Assembly: GCA_031414595.1 (NCBI GenBank)
Contig: JANNVX010000022.1
Span: forward strand, 1 to 43,382
Source of the DNA: Deinococcales bacterium
Lineage (GTDB): Bacteria; Deinococcota; Deinococci; Deinococcales; JAAFIG01
Length of the DNA: 43,382 nucleotides
Direction of reading: 5' to 3'
Shown: one piece after another, positions 1 to 8,188 of the stretch
How the letters are laid out: every line of letters starts with the position of its first letter
How positions within the stretch are numbered: the first letter of the stretch is position 1
The notes under the pieces: generated by a model
Database searches by the model: none
What the model was told of the DNA's origin: nothing
Seen by the model: the letters and a program-made list of their open reading frames with translations, nothing else
Position numbers and translations under genes: made by a program

Positions 1-130
1 CTTCTTGAAAGTATGGAAGTAAGGCTTGGAATTCTTTTTTGGTTAGTCCAGTCAGGGCTAAGAAGCGAGTTTTATTCTTGACGAGTTTGTCGTAATGCAG
101 CACTCGAATAGTTTATCCTAATTTCCGATA

Positions 131-271
131 ACGTCTAATAAACAACGCTACGAACCCCCGAAACTCGAGGAATTCCAATACATTCAAATCACGGCTGGGA
201 TTAGTTTACCGATTGGTACGAACAGCCTAGACCCTATGAATGATTTTCTCGAAGTGACGGAGCAACAATGA
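131..271 (+). CDS. Small peptide with lasso/RiPP-type leader motif (YEPPKL...TAG), about 46 aa; start codon non-canonical (ACG) or mutated
   Basis: Frame reads (T/M)SNKQRYEPPKLEEFQYIQITAGISLPIGTNSLDPMNDFLEVTEQQ*. The TGA at 269-271 overlaps the ATG at 268 (ATGA). An in-frame TAA lies at 119-121 and there is no in-frame ATG before the motif. Confidence 0.5.
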   Translation, partial: TSNKQRYEPPKLEEFQYIQITAGISLPIGTNSLDPMNDFLEVTEQQ

Positions 272-1971
272 AACGTTTTTTTCTTAGTTTACCAATTTTA
301 GCAATGGCATTTATGGCATGTCAGCAAGCCCCAACCGCCATTCCGAGTATCAACAATCCTAAAGCCATTGGTCAACTCGAGCTAACCTTTGACTCAATTT
401 CTAGTAAAGCCACGGCTTTGATTCGTTCTGGTCTGCAAACCCAAGCGGTGCAAACCTCGAGCAATGTCAGTTTTACCGCGCCGACTTCGCTGAGTGTTCT
501 GAGTAATGCCTCTAAGCAGTACATCACCGCGCAATTCAATGTTAATAATTTACTACCCAGCACAAGTTTAACCGATTTAACCCTAATTGCGTATCAAAAA
601 ACGGGCAATATCGGTGGGACAGCCTTAAAGAATGTCTATAACTTTGCTGGCTCGAGTGTATACCCAATCAATGACCCAGTAGGGATTACTTTTGCTCGAG
701 GTGTCAAACCCAGTAATACACCAAGTAGTTTAGCTCCGTTCACAGTCAATAATGTTGTTTCAGATGTCCAATTTTTTACTGAAAGCGAAGTAACTGCTCT
801 GCAAACATCTGCCAATACTGCAAGTCAACTCAGTGTGGCTGGAGGGGAATACTTATTGCCGTATGGTTTTGTGGCTCGGAACAGCAGCACCTCGAGAACC
901 TTAGCTGCCAATACCAACAATGCTGGTGTGGTGAACATTGCCATTGAAATTCCAATCAGTAACTCGAGCAGTGCTACGACTAGCTATAGATTTAGCATGA
1001 CCTTTATTATTTTTGATGCTCCAGTGGCAACTCGAGTTTCCGAAAGCCTGCAAGAACAAGGCGCGAGTAGCGGAGCAAATACCCGTAAGACTGGTTTTGC
1101 TGCCACACAATTATTTGCGCTTGGCGGCTCGAGTTTACCAGCCAGTCAAATAAGCAATCGTGAATGTGTGCTTCGCACGGCTGGGTCTTCCAGTACACCA
1201 CTGGATTACTTAGTCAATACTTTTAACTTCTCGAGTGTTTCACCAACCATCAATACTAACACAGCCGCCAATAACGCCAATGTCAGAGTAACCACCAATC
1301 AGAATATGAGCGCAGCAACAACTGGTAATTTCGTGGTGCGTGGTGAGTTTACAGGACTTAAAGCTGGAACGTACAGTGGAACAGGCTCGAGTACACTCAC
1401 CTTTGACCCAACCACCGATTTTATGCCGGGTGAATTGGTGACGGCTCAAACCCTTGGTTTAACCAATACTTCTGGTCAAGGTGCGTGTGAACAGGGAAGC
1501 AGAATTTGGCAGTACCGAGCAAATGTGGCAGCAAGGGGGACATTCCAAGCAAAAACCGATTACACCACGGGTACAAATCCTTATTCTGTGGTTTTGGGTG
1601 ATGTGAATAATGACACCAAACTCGACATCATCACCGCAAACTTTAATGTTAATTCCTCGAGTGTCTTGCTCGGTAATGGCGATGGGACATTCCAAGTAAA
1701 AACCGATTACCCCTCGGATTCATTTCTTCAATCTGTCGTTTTGGGTGATGTGAATAATGACACCAAACTCGACATCATCACCGCAAACCTTGGTAATTCC
1801 TTGAGTGTCTTGCTTGGCAATGGCGATGGGACTTTCCAAGCAAAAATCGATTACACCACGGGTTCAAATCCTATTTCTGTGGTTTTGGGTGATGTGAATG
1901 GCGATGCCAAACTCGACATCATCACCGCAAACAATGCTGCTGCTTCCTCGAGTGTACTGCTCAACCGTTAA
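268..1971 (+). CDS. Lipoprotein with Ig-like domain and three C-terminal FG-GAP/VCBS repeats
   Basis: Signal peptide ending AFMA-C; Ser/Thr/Asn-rich body; Ig-like segment (SVSPTIN...TLTFDPTTDFMPGE); three GDVNxDxKLDIITAN repeats. Confidence 0.85.
   Translation: MKRFFLSLPILAMAFMACQQAPTAIPSINNPKAIGQLELTFDSISSKATALIRSGLQTQAVQTSSNVSFTAPTSLSVLSNASKQYITAQFNVNNLLPSTSLTDLTLIAYQKTGNIGGTALKNVYNFAGSSVYPINDPVGITFARGVKPSNTPSSLAPFTVNNVVSDVQFFTESEVTALQTSANTASQLSVAGGEYLLPYGFVARNSSTSRTLAANTNNAGVVNIAIEIPISNSSSATTSYRFSMTFIIFDAPVATRVSESLQEQGASSGANTRKTGFAATQLFALGGSSLPASQISNRECVLRTAGSSSTPLDYLVNTFNFSSVSPTINTNTAANNANVRVTTNQNMSAATTGNFVVRGEFTGLKAGTYSGTGSSTLTFDPTTDFMPGELVTAQTLGLTNTSGQGACEQGSRIWQYRANVAARGTFQAKTDYTTGTNPYSVVLGDVNNDTKLDIITANFNVNSSSVLLGNGDGTFQVKTDYPSDSFLQSVVLGDVNNDTKLDIITANLGNSLSVLLGNGDGTFQAKIDYTTGSNPISVVLGDVNGDAKLDIITANNAAASSSVLLNR
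1537..1968 (+). repeat. Three near-identical tandem coding repeats (147, 144 and about 141 nt) encoding FG-GAP blades
   Basis: Units start at 1537, 1684 and 1828 and share gggac(a/t)ttccaag...ttgggtgatgtgaat...aaactcgacatcatcaccgcaaac. Confidence 0.9.
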
Positions 1972-1986
1972 TTGTACAAACTCAAC

Positions 1987-2018
1987 CACCCCCAATCTGA
2001 ATCCAAAGGTTGGGGGTG
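1987..2018 (+). terminator. Stem-loop downstream of the lipoprotein gene, probable terminator
   Basis: cacccccaa ... ttgggggtg inverted repeat 16 nt after the stop codon. Confidence 0.5.
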
Positions 2019-2139
2019 CGTTCTAAATTGAATTTTTGAATTGACCATGTACGATTAGATAAGTAAAGCGAGAAGTCATGCTTATGATACCAAATTGAGA
2101 AAGTTCGTAGAACTTCCCGACTAAAAGGAGTATCAATAA

Positions 2140-2211
2140 ATACCGTCTTTGACAGGTACGGAGCAATCCGCGTTTTTTGCGGATTGCATAGTATCTAAAT
2201 AAAGACGGTAT
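2140..2211. repeat. Long nested inverted repeat (bidirectional terminator or MITE-like element)
   Basis: Outer arms ataccgtcttt/aaagacggtat and inner arms gcaatccgc/gcggattgc, lying between convergent genes. Confidence 0.6.
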
Positions 2212-2266
2212 GAGAGATGTTGAATTGGTTACTCTACCGAGATTTTGACCTTCACTACCTGAACCC

Positions 2267-3340
2267 CTATGTGGTGGGGAATAAACTGCCTTGTTGCAAT
2301 TCTCGAGTGGCTTTTTGTTGCTTTAAGACCGCCTCGAGTTTAACAAGCATTTCAGGGTCAAAACGAGTTCCAGCTTCGGCTCTGATTTTATCAATCGCCT
2401 CGTTGTTGTTCAGGTCTTCGCCTCGGTCAGTGGTCAGCATATCAAAGGCGTTGGCAATGGCAATAATTCTCGAGAACATTGGAATAGCTTGTCCGCGTAA
2501 GCCACGCGGTCCGCCAGTGCCATCAAAACGTTCATGGGTGTGTAAAATCGCAATTCTCGAGGCTTCGAGTTCCGAGACCCGCTCGAGCAGATTAAAACCT
2601 AAACTGGCAAGGCTAACTTCATCTGCCCCGGGGTCAGATAAACGCCCTAGGTCGTGGAGCATGGCAGTAAACCAAAGGTCGCTTTGTTCTGGGGCGGTTA
2701 AACCAAGTTCTCGAGCCATTGCCATGGCGTAACTGGTGACCCGCACGGCATGTCCGAGTTGATTAAATTCTTGGGCTTCGATGGCTTCGACAAAGGTTAG
2801 GGTTAAATTCCAAGCAAGGGAACGCTGCTTAGACATGTCCATAAAACCAGCCAGAATACTGGTGACAATACTGCCCCAACGAGTTAGGTTTTCTAAGGCG
2901 CTTGGCGCAAAAGAATCCCCACCGTAATTATCGAGCATCATTGCCCCGCGTACTCCACTGCCACGGTCTTTGAAAGGAATCACCAGACTTTGCTTATATT
3001 CGCGTAAACCCATGCTGGATAACTTGGCTCGAGCTTCTGGCAAATTGGGATTAAAAAAGTCGCCACTGGCATTGGTGGATAACCGAGATGTCCCATCGTT
3101 CCAAGGTCCGACCAATTCAACCCCAAGGTATTCATTGCCGTAACCTTTAAGCGCCGTTATTTTGTCTGTGCCGTTGGTACGAATCACTGCCCAAGCTCGG
3201 GTAGCAGCAGGGGCAAGGGTTGTGGCACTGTTCATGGCGCTCTCGAGCAGACCTTTGAGTGTCCGCGCAGTCAATAACTCTTGGGCGGCACGCAGATAAT
3301 CAAAGGTCTCGGAGGGTTCGGCTACTTTACGTCGAAACAT
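2267..3340 (-). CDS. GAF-like plus HD-GYP-like domain protein with degenerate motifs
   Basis: GHAVRV...LHDLGR...HTHERFDGTGGPRGLRG...RIIAIANAFD; GGP replaces GYP. Confidence 0.85.
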   Translation of the reverse strand: MFRRKVAEPSETFDYLRAAQELLTARTLKGLLESAMNSATTLAPAATRAWAVIRTNGTDKITALKGYGNEYLGVELVGPWNDGTSRLSTNASGDFFNPNLPEARAKLSSMGLREYKQSLVIPFKDRGSGVRGAMMLDNYGGDSFAPSALENLTRWGSIVTSILAGFMDMSKQRSLAWNLTLTFVEAIEAQEFNQLGHAVRVTSYAMAMARELGLTAPEQSDLWFTAMLHDLGRLSDPGADEVSLASLGFNLLERVSELEASRIAILHTHERFDGTGGPRGLRGQAIPMFSRIIAIANAFDMLTTDRGEDLNNNEAIDKIRAEAGTRFDPEMLVKLEAVLKQQKATRELQQGSLFPTT

Positions 3341-3361
3341 TGTTCTTGAGTATACGCTAAA

Positions 3362-3832
3362 TCACGAGTCTAATAACGACTCGGCTTGGAAAAGATTGAT
3401 GCCGCTTTCTATCAGGGCAATTAGGCGCTCAAAAGTGGCTTCTTCCTCGACTTGTTCGGCTAAAAACCATTGCAAAAAACCAAAACCAGTAAAGTCAGCT
3501 TCTTTTAAGGCAGTGGCTGCCATATTCTGAAACGACTTGGTGACTTTTTGTTCTTGCTCTAAACTCTTTTGGACAGTCTCGAGGGCGCTGGCATACTGCA
3601 CTGGGGCTTCTGGGATGGCTGGGAGTTTAGTTGGGCTACCAGTCTCGAGTAGAAAATGAAAGATTTTTAAGGCATGTTCGCGTTCTTCTGCCGCTTGAGC
3701 TTCAAAAAACTTTGCCCAACCATTCAGGTTTTGGGCATGAAAATAAGCCGCCATACCAAGGTAGTTTTGTGAGGCGCTCAGTTCATATCCGATTTGTGTT
3801 TGCAGGGCTTGGGTTAATGCAGTTGATAGCAT
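3362..3832 (-). CDS. ftn: Non-heme ferritin
   Basis: ELSASQNYLGMA...EEREHA...FLQWFLAEQVEEE ferroxidase motifs; RBS (aaggag) upstream. Confidence 0.9.
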   Translation of the reverse strand: MLSTALTQALQTQIGYELSASQNYLGMAAYFHAQNLNGWAKFFEAQAAEEREHALKIFHFLLETGSPTKLPAIPEAPVQYASALETVQKSLEQEQKVTKSFQNMAATALKEADFTGFGFLQWFLAEQVEEEATFERLIALIESGINLFQAESLLDS

Positions 3833-3876
3833 ATTTTTCTCCTTTAGGAATCTTCTTATGAGGAATCTTAAACTCC

Positions 3877-3901
3877 CTTATTAGGAATGATTCCTAATAA
3901 G
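3877..3901. promoter_or_regulatory. Perfect 12-1-12 palindrome upstream of ferritin, putative Fur/PerR-family operator
   Basis: cttattaggaat-g-attcctaataag; a degenerate copy (ttaggaat-c-ttctta) lies at about 3844-3858, overlapping the RBS region. Confidence 0.6.
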
Positions 3902-3967
3902 CATAGCAGATTTCTCGAGCCAGCACGTTAGCTGGCACACGAAATTCAACCGACTACGAATTTGGTA

Positions 3968-4873
3968 TTAGACCAATGCCAGTACAATCGTTAATACAGG
4001 TAGTGCCAGTAAAGTGCTGAGCATCACAGATGCCATCACAAAATTAGGCTCGAGGTCGTTCTCCAAGGCAATAATACTGGCAAGTACCGCCGTCGGCATC
4101 GTGGCTTGGATAATCCCTACCGCCCGCTCGAGTCCAGTCACGCCAAAAACGGGCGCAAGCGCAAAAGCAAGCGCGGCTGCGCCAATTAAGCGGATACTGC
4201 TGGCTATCCAGACATCAGGGGTGAATTTTGGCATTCCAGTGTTGGCAAGTTGCACCCCTAGCCCAACCAGCATCACAGGAATCATTGCCTCTGCCAGTAA
4301 CTGTCCGCCTCGAGCAATCGGTGTGGGTAGCTCGAGACCAAGCAGATTAACCACAATGGCGGGGATGAGGGCAATTAAAGCTGGGGTTTTGAGGACGCTA
4401 AAAAGCGCATTGAAGCTGATGCCTTTGTGCCAATTGGCGGCGGCGACACCGACAATAAAACTGATTGTTAGAATCGCCAGAAAGTAAACCACAGCAATCG
4501 GTAGGGCTTCTGCGCCCATGTCAAATTTAACAATCGGTAAGCCCATATTGCCCGTATTGCCAAAAATAGCAATCAGCACATAAGCGGCAATCGTGGCAGG
4601 TGGGCGTTTGAGCAGGGTTGCAACCAGAAACCCTAGCACCGCCACGCCCAAATGCACCGCCGTGGTGTAGAGCGTCACTCGAGCCGCCACAGTTAAATCT
4701 ATTTTGGCACTGGAAAGGGTCTGAAAAACAAAAGCGGGAATAAATAAGTAGTAGGCGGCTCGAGAAAGTGTACGGGCTTGTAGCTCGAGGGGTTTAGCAA
4801 TCCATGCGCCGAGTCCAACCAAGGCAAAGACGGGCAGCAGTGTGCCAATGAAAATACTGAGTAGTCCGGTCAT
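3968..4873 (-). CDS. AEC family (auxin efflux carrier-like) membrane transporter
   Basis: About 10 hydrophobic segments; FGNTGNMGLPI and QATMPTAV motifs. Confidence 0.88.
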   Translation of the reverse strand: MTGLLSIFIGTLLPVFALVGLGAWIAKPLELQARTLSRAAYYLFIPAFVFQTLSSAKIDLTVAARVTLYTTAVHLGVAVLGFLVATLLKRPPATIAAYVLIAIFGNTGNMGLPIVKFDMGAEALPIAVVYFLAILTISFIVGVAAANWHKGISFNALFSVLKTPALIALIPAIVVNLLGLELPTPIARGGQLLAEAMIPVMLVGLGVQLANTGMPKFTPDVWIASSIRLIGAAALAFALAPVFGVTGLERAVGIIQATMPTAVLASIIALENDLEPNFVMASVMLSTLLALPVLTIVLALV

Positions 4874-4893
4874 GTTAAGTCTCGAGGGGGTGA

Positions 4894-4993
4894 GGCTATG
4901 GGCTATGAGCTTTGGGCTTTGAGGGTTAAAGGGTTAAAGGGTTAAAGGGTTAAAGTTTTCTACCTTTTTACCTTTTTACCTTCGCCCTTTGCC
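4894..4993. repeat. Short tandem repeat array (7-mers and 8-mers)
   Basis: (r)gct(a/t)tg x4, agggttaa x4, then tttt(t/c)acc-like units x3; intergenic between galK and the transporter. Confidence 0.9.
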
Positions 4994-6103
4994 TTACTGT
5001 GGGCTAAGTAATCTTGGCGTAATACCTGTGCGTTTACTGTACTCTTCGGCAATGCCTTCCCCAGCAATGCGCCCATGTCCAACATCGGCAATCATCACCA
5101 CACTGCCGCCAAAACCTCCGCCAGTCAGCCTTGCGCCGTAAATCCCTTTGCTGTTGCGTGCCAGTTCGACAATCAAATCTATTTCGGGTTCGGAGACATC
5201 ATAATCATCAGTCATCGAGGCGTGCGAGGCGTAGAACAATGTACCAAGGGTGGCGAGGTCGCCCGTTTCTAAGGCAGCCACAGCTTTTAAGACTCGAGCG
5301 TTTTCGCTAATCACATGCTTGGCGCGGCTCGAGAAGGGCTTGGGTAGACCCGCAACCCGTTCAAGGTCGTGCGGTAGTAAGTCGCGTAGGCTCGAGATTC
5401 CCAGTAATTCGCAAGCTTGTTCGCATTCAGCACGGCGGGTTTTGTAATTGCGGCTGCCATGTTCGGTAGCGGATAAACTATGGCTGATACCACTGTGCAG
5501 GATCACCAACTCGAGGTTCTTGGGTAGTGGCACAGTGTGGGTTTCAAAGGTCTTAAAGTCAATAAAGAGGGCTTCGCCGTCTTTACCTAAGCTACATGCC
5601 ATCTGGTCAAGCAGTCCAACTCTTGCACCAACCAAACCGTTCTCGGCACGTTGGGCAATTTTGGCGATTTCTAAATCAGATAACCCTAGTCCGTAAGCGG
5701 TTCTTAGGGCTTTGGCAGTACAGACGAGTAAGGCAGCACTCGAAGATAAACCACTGCCAAGCGGAACATCGCTCGAGAAGACCGCATTAAAGCCTTTGAG
5801 GTGATGCTTGTCTGTAGAAAGTACCTCGGTGATGCCTTGGATGTAATCGAGCCAGTCCAGTCCAGCCGCTTCTTGTCCTAGCTTATATTCCATGGTCTGA
5901 TTTTTTTGGACGCTAAAAATCCGTACTGTTTGGTCGGCTCGAGGTTCGAGCAACATCGTGCAGCGCTGTATAATTGGTGTTGGCAACACCAGTCCATCGT
6001 TGTAATCGGTATGTTCACCAATTAAATTGACCCTACCCGGACTCGAAGCGAGGGTACTGGCGTGGCTGCCAAAATGATTTTTGAAAATTGTCTGTAAATC
6101 CAT
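4994..6103 (-). CDS. galK: Galactokinase
   Basis: PGRVNLIGEHTDYN, PLGSGLSSSAA and GARLTGGGFGG motifs. Confidence 0.96.
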   Translation of the reverse strand: MDLQTIFKNHFGSHASTLASSPGRVNLIGEHTDYNDGLVLPTPIIQRCTMLLEPRADQTVRIFSVQKNQTMEYKLGQEAAGLDWLDYIQGITEVLSTDKHHLKGFNAVFSSDVPLGSGLSSSAALLVCTAKALRTAYGLGLSDLEIAKIAQRAENGLVGARVGLLDQMACSLGKDGEALFIDFKTFETHTVPLPKNLELVILHSGISHSLSATEHGSRNYKTRRAECEQACELLGISSLRDLLPHDLERVAGLPKPFSSRAKHVISENARVLKAVAALETGDLATLGTLFYASHASMTDDYDVSEPEIDLIVELARNSKGIYGARLTGGGFGGSVVMIADVGHGRIAGEGIAEEYSKRTGITPRLLSPQ

Positions 6104-6287
6104 ATCTTTAGTTTAGCGTTTTTTCATCTATTACAATGGTTGCTTTGCTCATTTTGTATTTTTGCTGTCTTGAACGGGTTTTTTGATTTTTTACCAAATT
6201 CTACGCTGTTCGTACTCGAGTGCATTTGTGCAAGGGGTGCTTGCAAGTGAGGGCTTGGGGCTTTAGGATACGCAACACCGAATTATT

Positions 6288-7265
6288 ATGATTCTTAAAG
6301 AACACTACGAACAGGACTTACGTCTGGTTGCCTCAAGGCAAGGTTGGATTGTCTTTGTATTGCTGATTGCTTGGCTGCTTTTAATCCCGCAGCTTTTTCC
6401 TGCTTATGCTTATCCTGTGGCGCTTTTTATGGTTTACAGCTTGGTGGCAATTGGCTTAAATATCCTCGTGGGTTTTACAGGGCAGATTTCTTTAGGTCAT
6501 GCGGGGTTCTTTGCAATTGGGGCATACACGATTGCTAAGCTCGCGCCAATCATCACTTTTCCAGCCGCGCTACTGGTGGTGGTGGTCTTATGTGCGGTGA
6601 TTGGCTATCTGGTCGGTATTCCAGCCTTAAAACTCGAGGGTCCGTACTTAGCAATTGCCACTAGCGGCTTTGGTTTAGCGGTTCAACAATTTTTTGGCAA
6701 CACCCCCAGCGACTGGTTTGGCGGGCAATCTGGGTTAAACGTTGAAAAAAGCCAGTTGTTTGGCGATTTGTTTGCCAGAGACCGTGCCTACTACTACATC
6801 ATCTTAGGGGTGGTACTGCTGATGGTTTACATGGCGTTTAATTTGGCACGTTCACACATTGGCAGGGCATTTGTGGCAGTGCGTGACGCAGAACTGGCAG
6901 CCCAGACCAGTGGGGTCAATGTGGCGCAAATAAAAACCCTTGCCTTTGCAATTTCGGCGGTCTATGCAGGAGTCGGCGGGGCGTTATTTGCGCCGTTACT
7001 GGGTATTGTCTCGCCCGAGAGTTTTAGTTTGCTCTTAAGTGTTCAGTTCTTAAGCATGATTGTGATTGGTGGAATTGGCACGGTGGCTGGTGGCATCCTC
7101 GGGGCTGGTTTGGTGACTGTGCTTCAAGACCAATTGGCACAAGCCGGAGGTTGGTCTGGTTTGCTGTACGGTTTGGTGGTTTTAGTGGTGATGATTGTCG
7201 AACCACTTGGACTATACGGACGCTGGGTAAAAATTAAACTGTACTGGAAAGCGTGGCCATTCTAA
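6288..7265 (+). CDS. Branched-chain amino acid-type ABC transporter permease (LivM-like)
   Basis: GLNILVGFTGQISLGHAGFFAIGAY; GRAFVAVRDAELAA. Confidence 0.92.
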   Translation: MILKEHYEQDLRLVASRQGWIVFVLLIAWLLLIPQLFPAYAYPVALFMVYSLVAIGLNILVGFTGQISLGHAGFFAIGAYTIAKLAPIITFPAALLVVVVLCAVIGYLVGIPALKLEGPYLAIATSGFGLAVQQFFGNTPSDWFGGQSGLNVEKSQLFGDLFARDRAYYYIILGVVLLMVYMAFNLARSHIGRAFVAVRDAELAAQTSGVNVAQIKTLAFAISAVYAGVGGALFAPLLGIVSPESFSLLLSVQFLSMIVIGGIGTVAGGILGAGLVTVLQDQLAQAGGWSGLLYGLVVLVVMIVEPLGLYGRWVKIKLYWKAWPF

Positions 7266-7287
7266 TGAAGAACACAAGAGGCACTTT

Positions 7288-8169
7288 ATGACTTTTGAAC
7301 AAGCCATTCGCTTACTGATTATTGGTGTCGAAATCGGCAGTATTTACGCACTGGTGGCTTTAAGTGTGGTGCTTTTATATCGTACCTCAAGGGTTCTAAA
7401 TTTTGGTCAGGGTGAACTGGCACTGCTGGCTTGTTTCTTAACCTTTACGCTGACTTCCCGCATGGGTGTGCCGTTGTGGTTGTCGTTTTTAGCGGGTTTA
7501 GCCGCCAGTGCCGTGGCGGCTGGAGCGTTTTACTTTTTTTTAATGCGCCGCGCTAAAGCCCAAGACCCGATGGGGTTACTGATTCTGACGCTTGGCTTTA
7601 GTTTATTTGCCAATGGTGGTTTATCGCTGCTTTTTGGAGTGGATAATAAGCAACTGCCCGGTTTTGTGGATGTGATTGAAACATGGACAATCGGTGGATT
7701 CTCGATTTCTAAAAATTCGGTACTGGTGGCAGTGGCGGGTTTAATTCTGATGGTGGCATTGTATTTATTTGTGCAAAAAAGTAAAATTGGGCTGGCAATG
7801 CGGGCTGTTTCGCAAAACCCCGAAGTGGCAAAAGCCCTTGGTATTCCTGTCAATCTAGTGTTGGTCTCGAGTTGGGCGGTAGCGGCGATTCTTGGTAGTG
7901 CGGCAGCGTTACTACTTGCCCCCGCGATTTCCTTAAATCCAAGTATTATGCTTGACCCTCTGAATAAAGGTTTTGCTGCTGCCGTGGTTGGTGGCATGAC
8001 CAGTTTGCCGGGGGCGGTACTTGGTGGGTATTTACTAGGGATTATCGAAGCCTATGTGGGCAATTTTGTTCCAGCCTTTAAGTTAGCACTTGCTTTTATT
8101 TTGGTTATTTTGGTGTTGGTGTTTCGTCCTCATGGTTTGCTCGGCGAGAAAGAAACTCGTCGCGCTTAG
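7288..8169 (+). CDS. Branched-chain amino acid-type ABC transporter permease (LivH-like)
   Basis: YALVALS...VLNFGQGE; GLAMRAVSQN; RPHGLLG. Confidence 0.92.
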   Translation: MTFEQAIRLLIIGVEIGSIYALVALSVVLLYRTSRVLNFGQGELALLACFLTFTLTSRMGVPLWLSFLAGLAASAVAAGAFYFFLMRRAKAQDPMGLLILTLGFSLFANGGLSLLFGVDNKQLPGFVDVIETWTIGGFSISKNSVLVAVAGLILMVALYLFVQKSKIGLAMRAVSQNPEVAKALGIPVNLVLVSSWAVAAILGSAAALLLAPAISLNPSIMLDPLNKGFAAAVVGGMTSLPGAVLGGYLLGIIEAYVGNFVPAFKLALAFILVILVLVFRPHGLLGEKETRRA

Positions 8170-8188
8170 GGAAACAAAAGGAGTATGT

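Noticed and set aside
1537-1968. CRISPR array or DGR template/variable repeat pair
   Set aside because: These are in-frame FG-GAP coding repeats; differences are not restricted to adenines and no reverse transcriptase is nearby.
2217-2732. Numerous antisense and alternate-frame ORFs of 60-200 aa (e.g. 2217-2732, 4014-4487, 32807-33406)
   Set aside because: They are shadows of well-supported genes and show no recognisable motifs.
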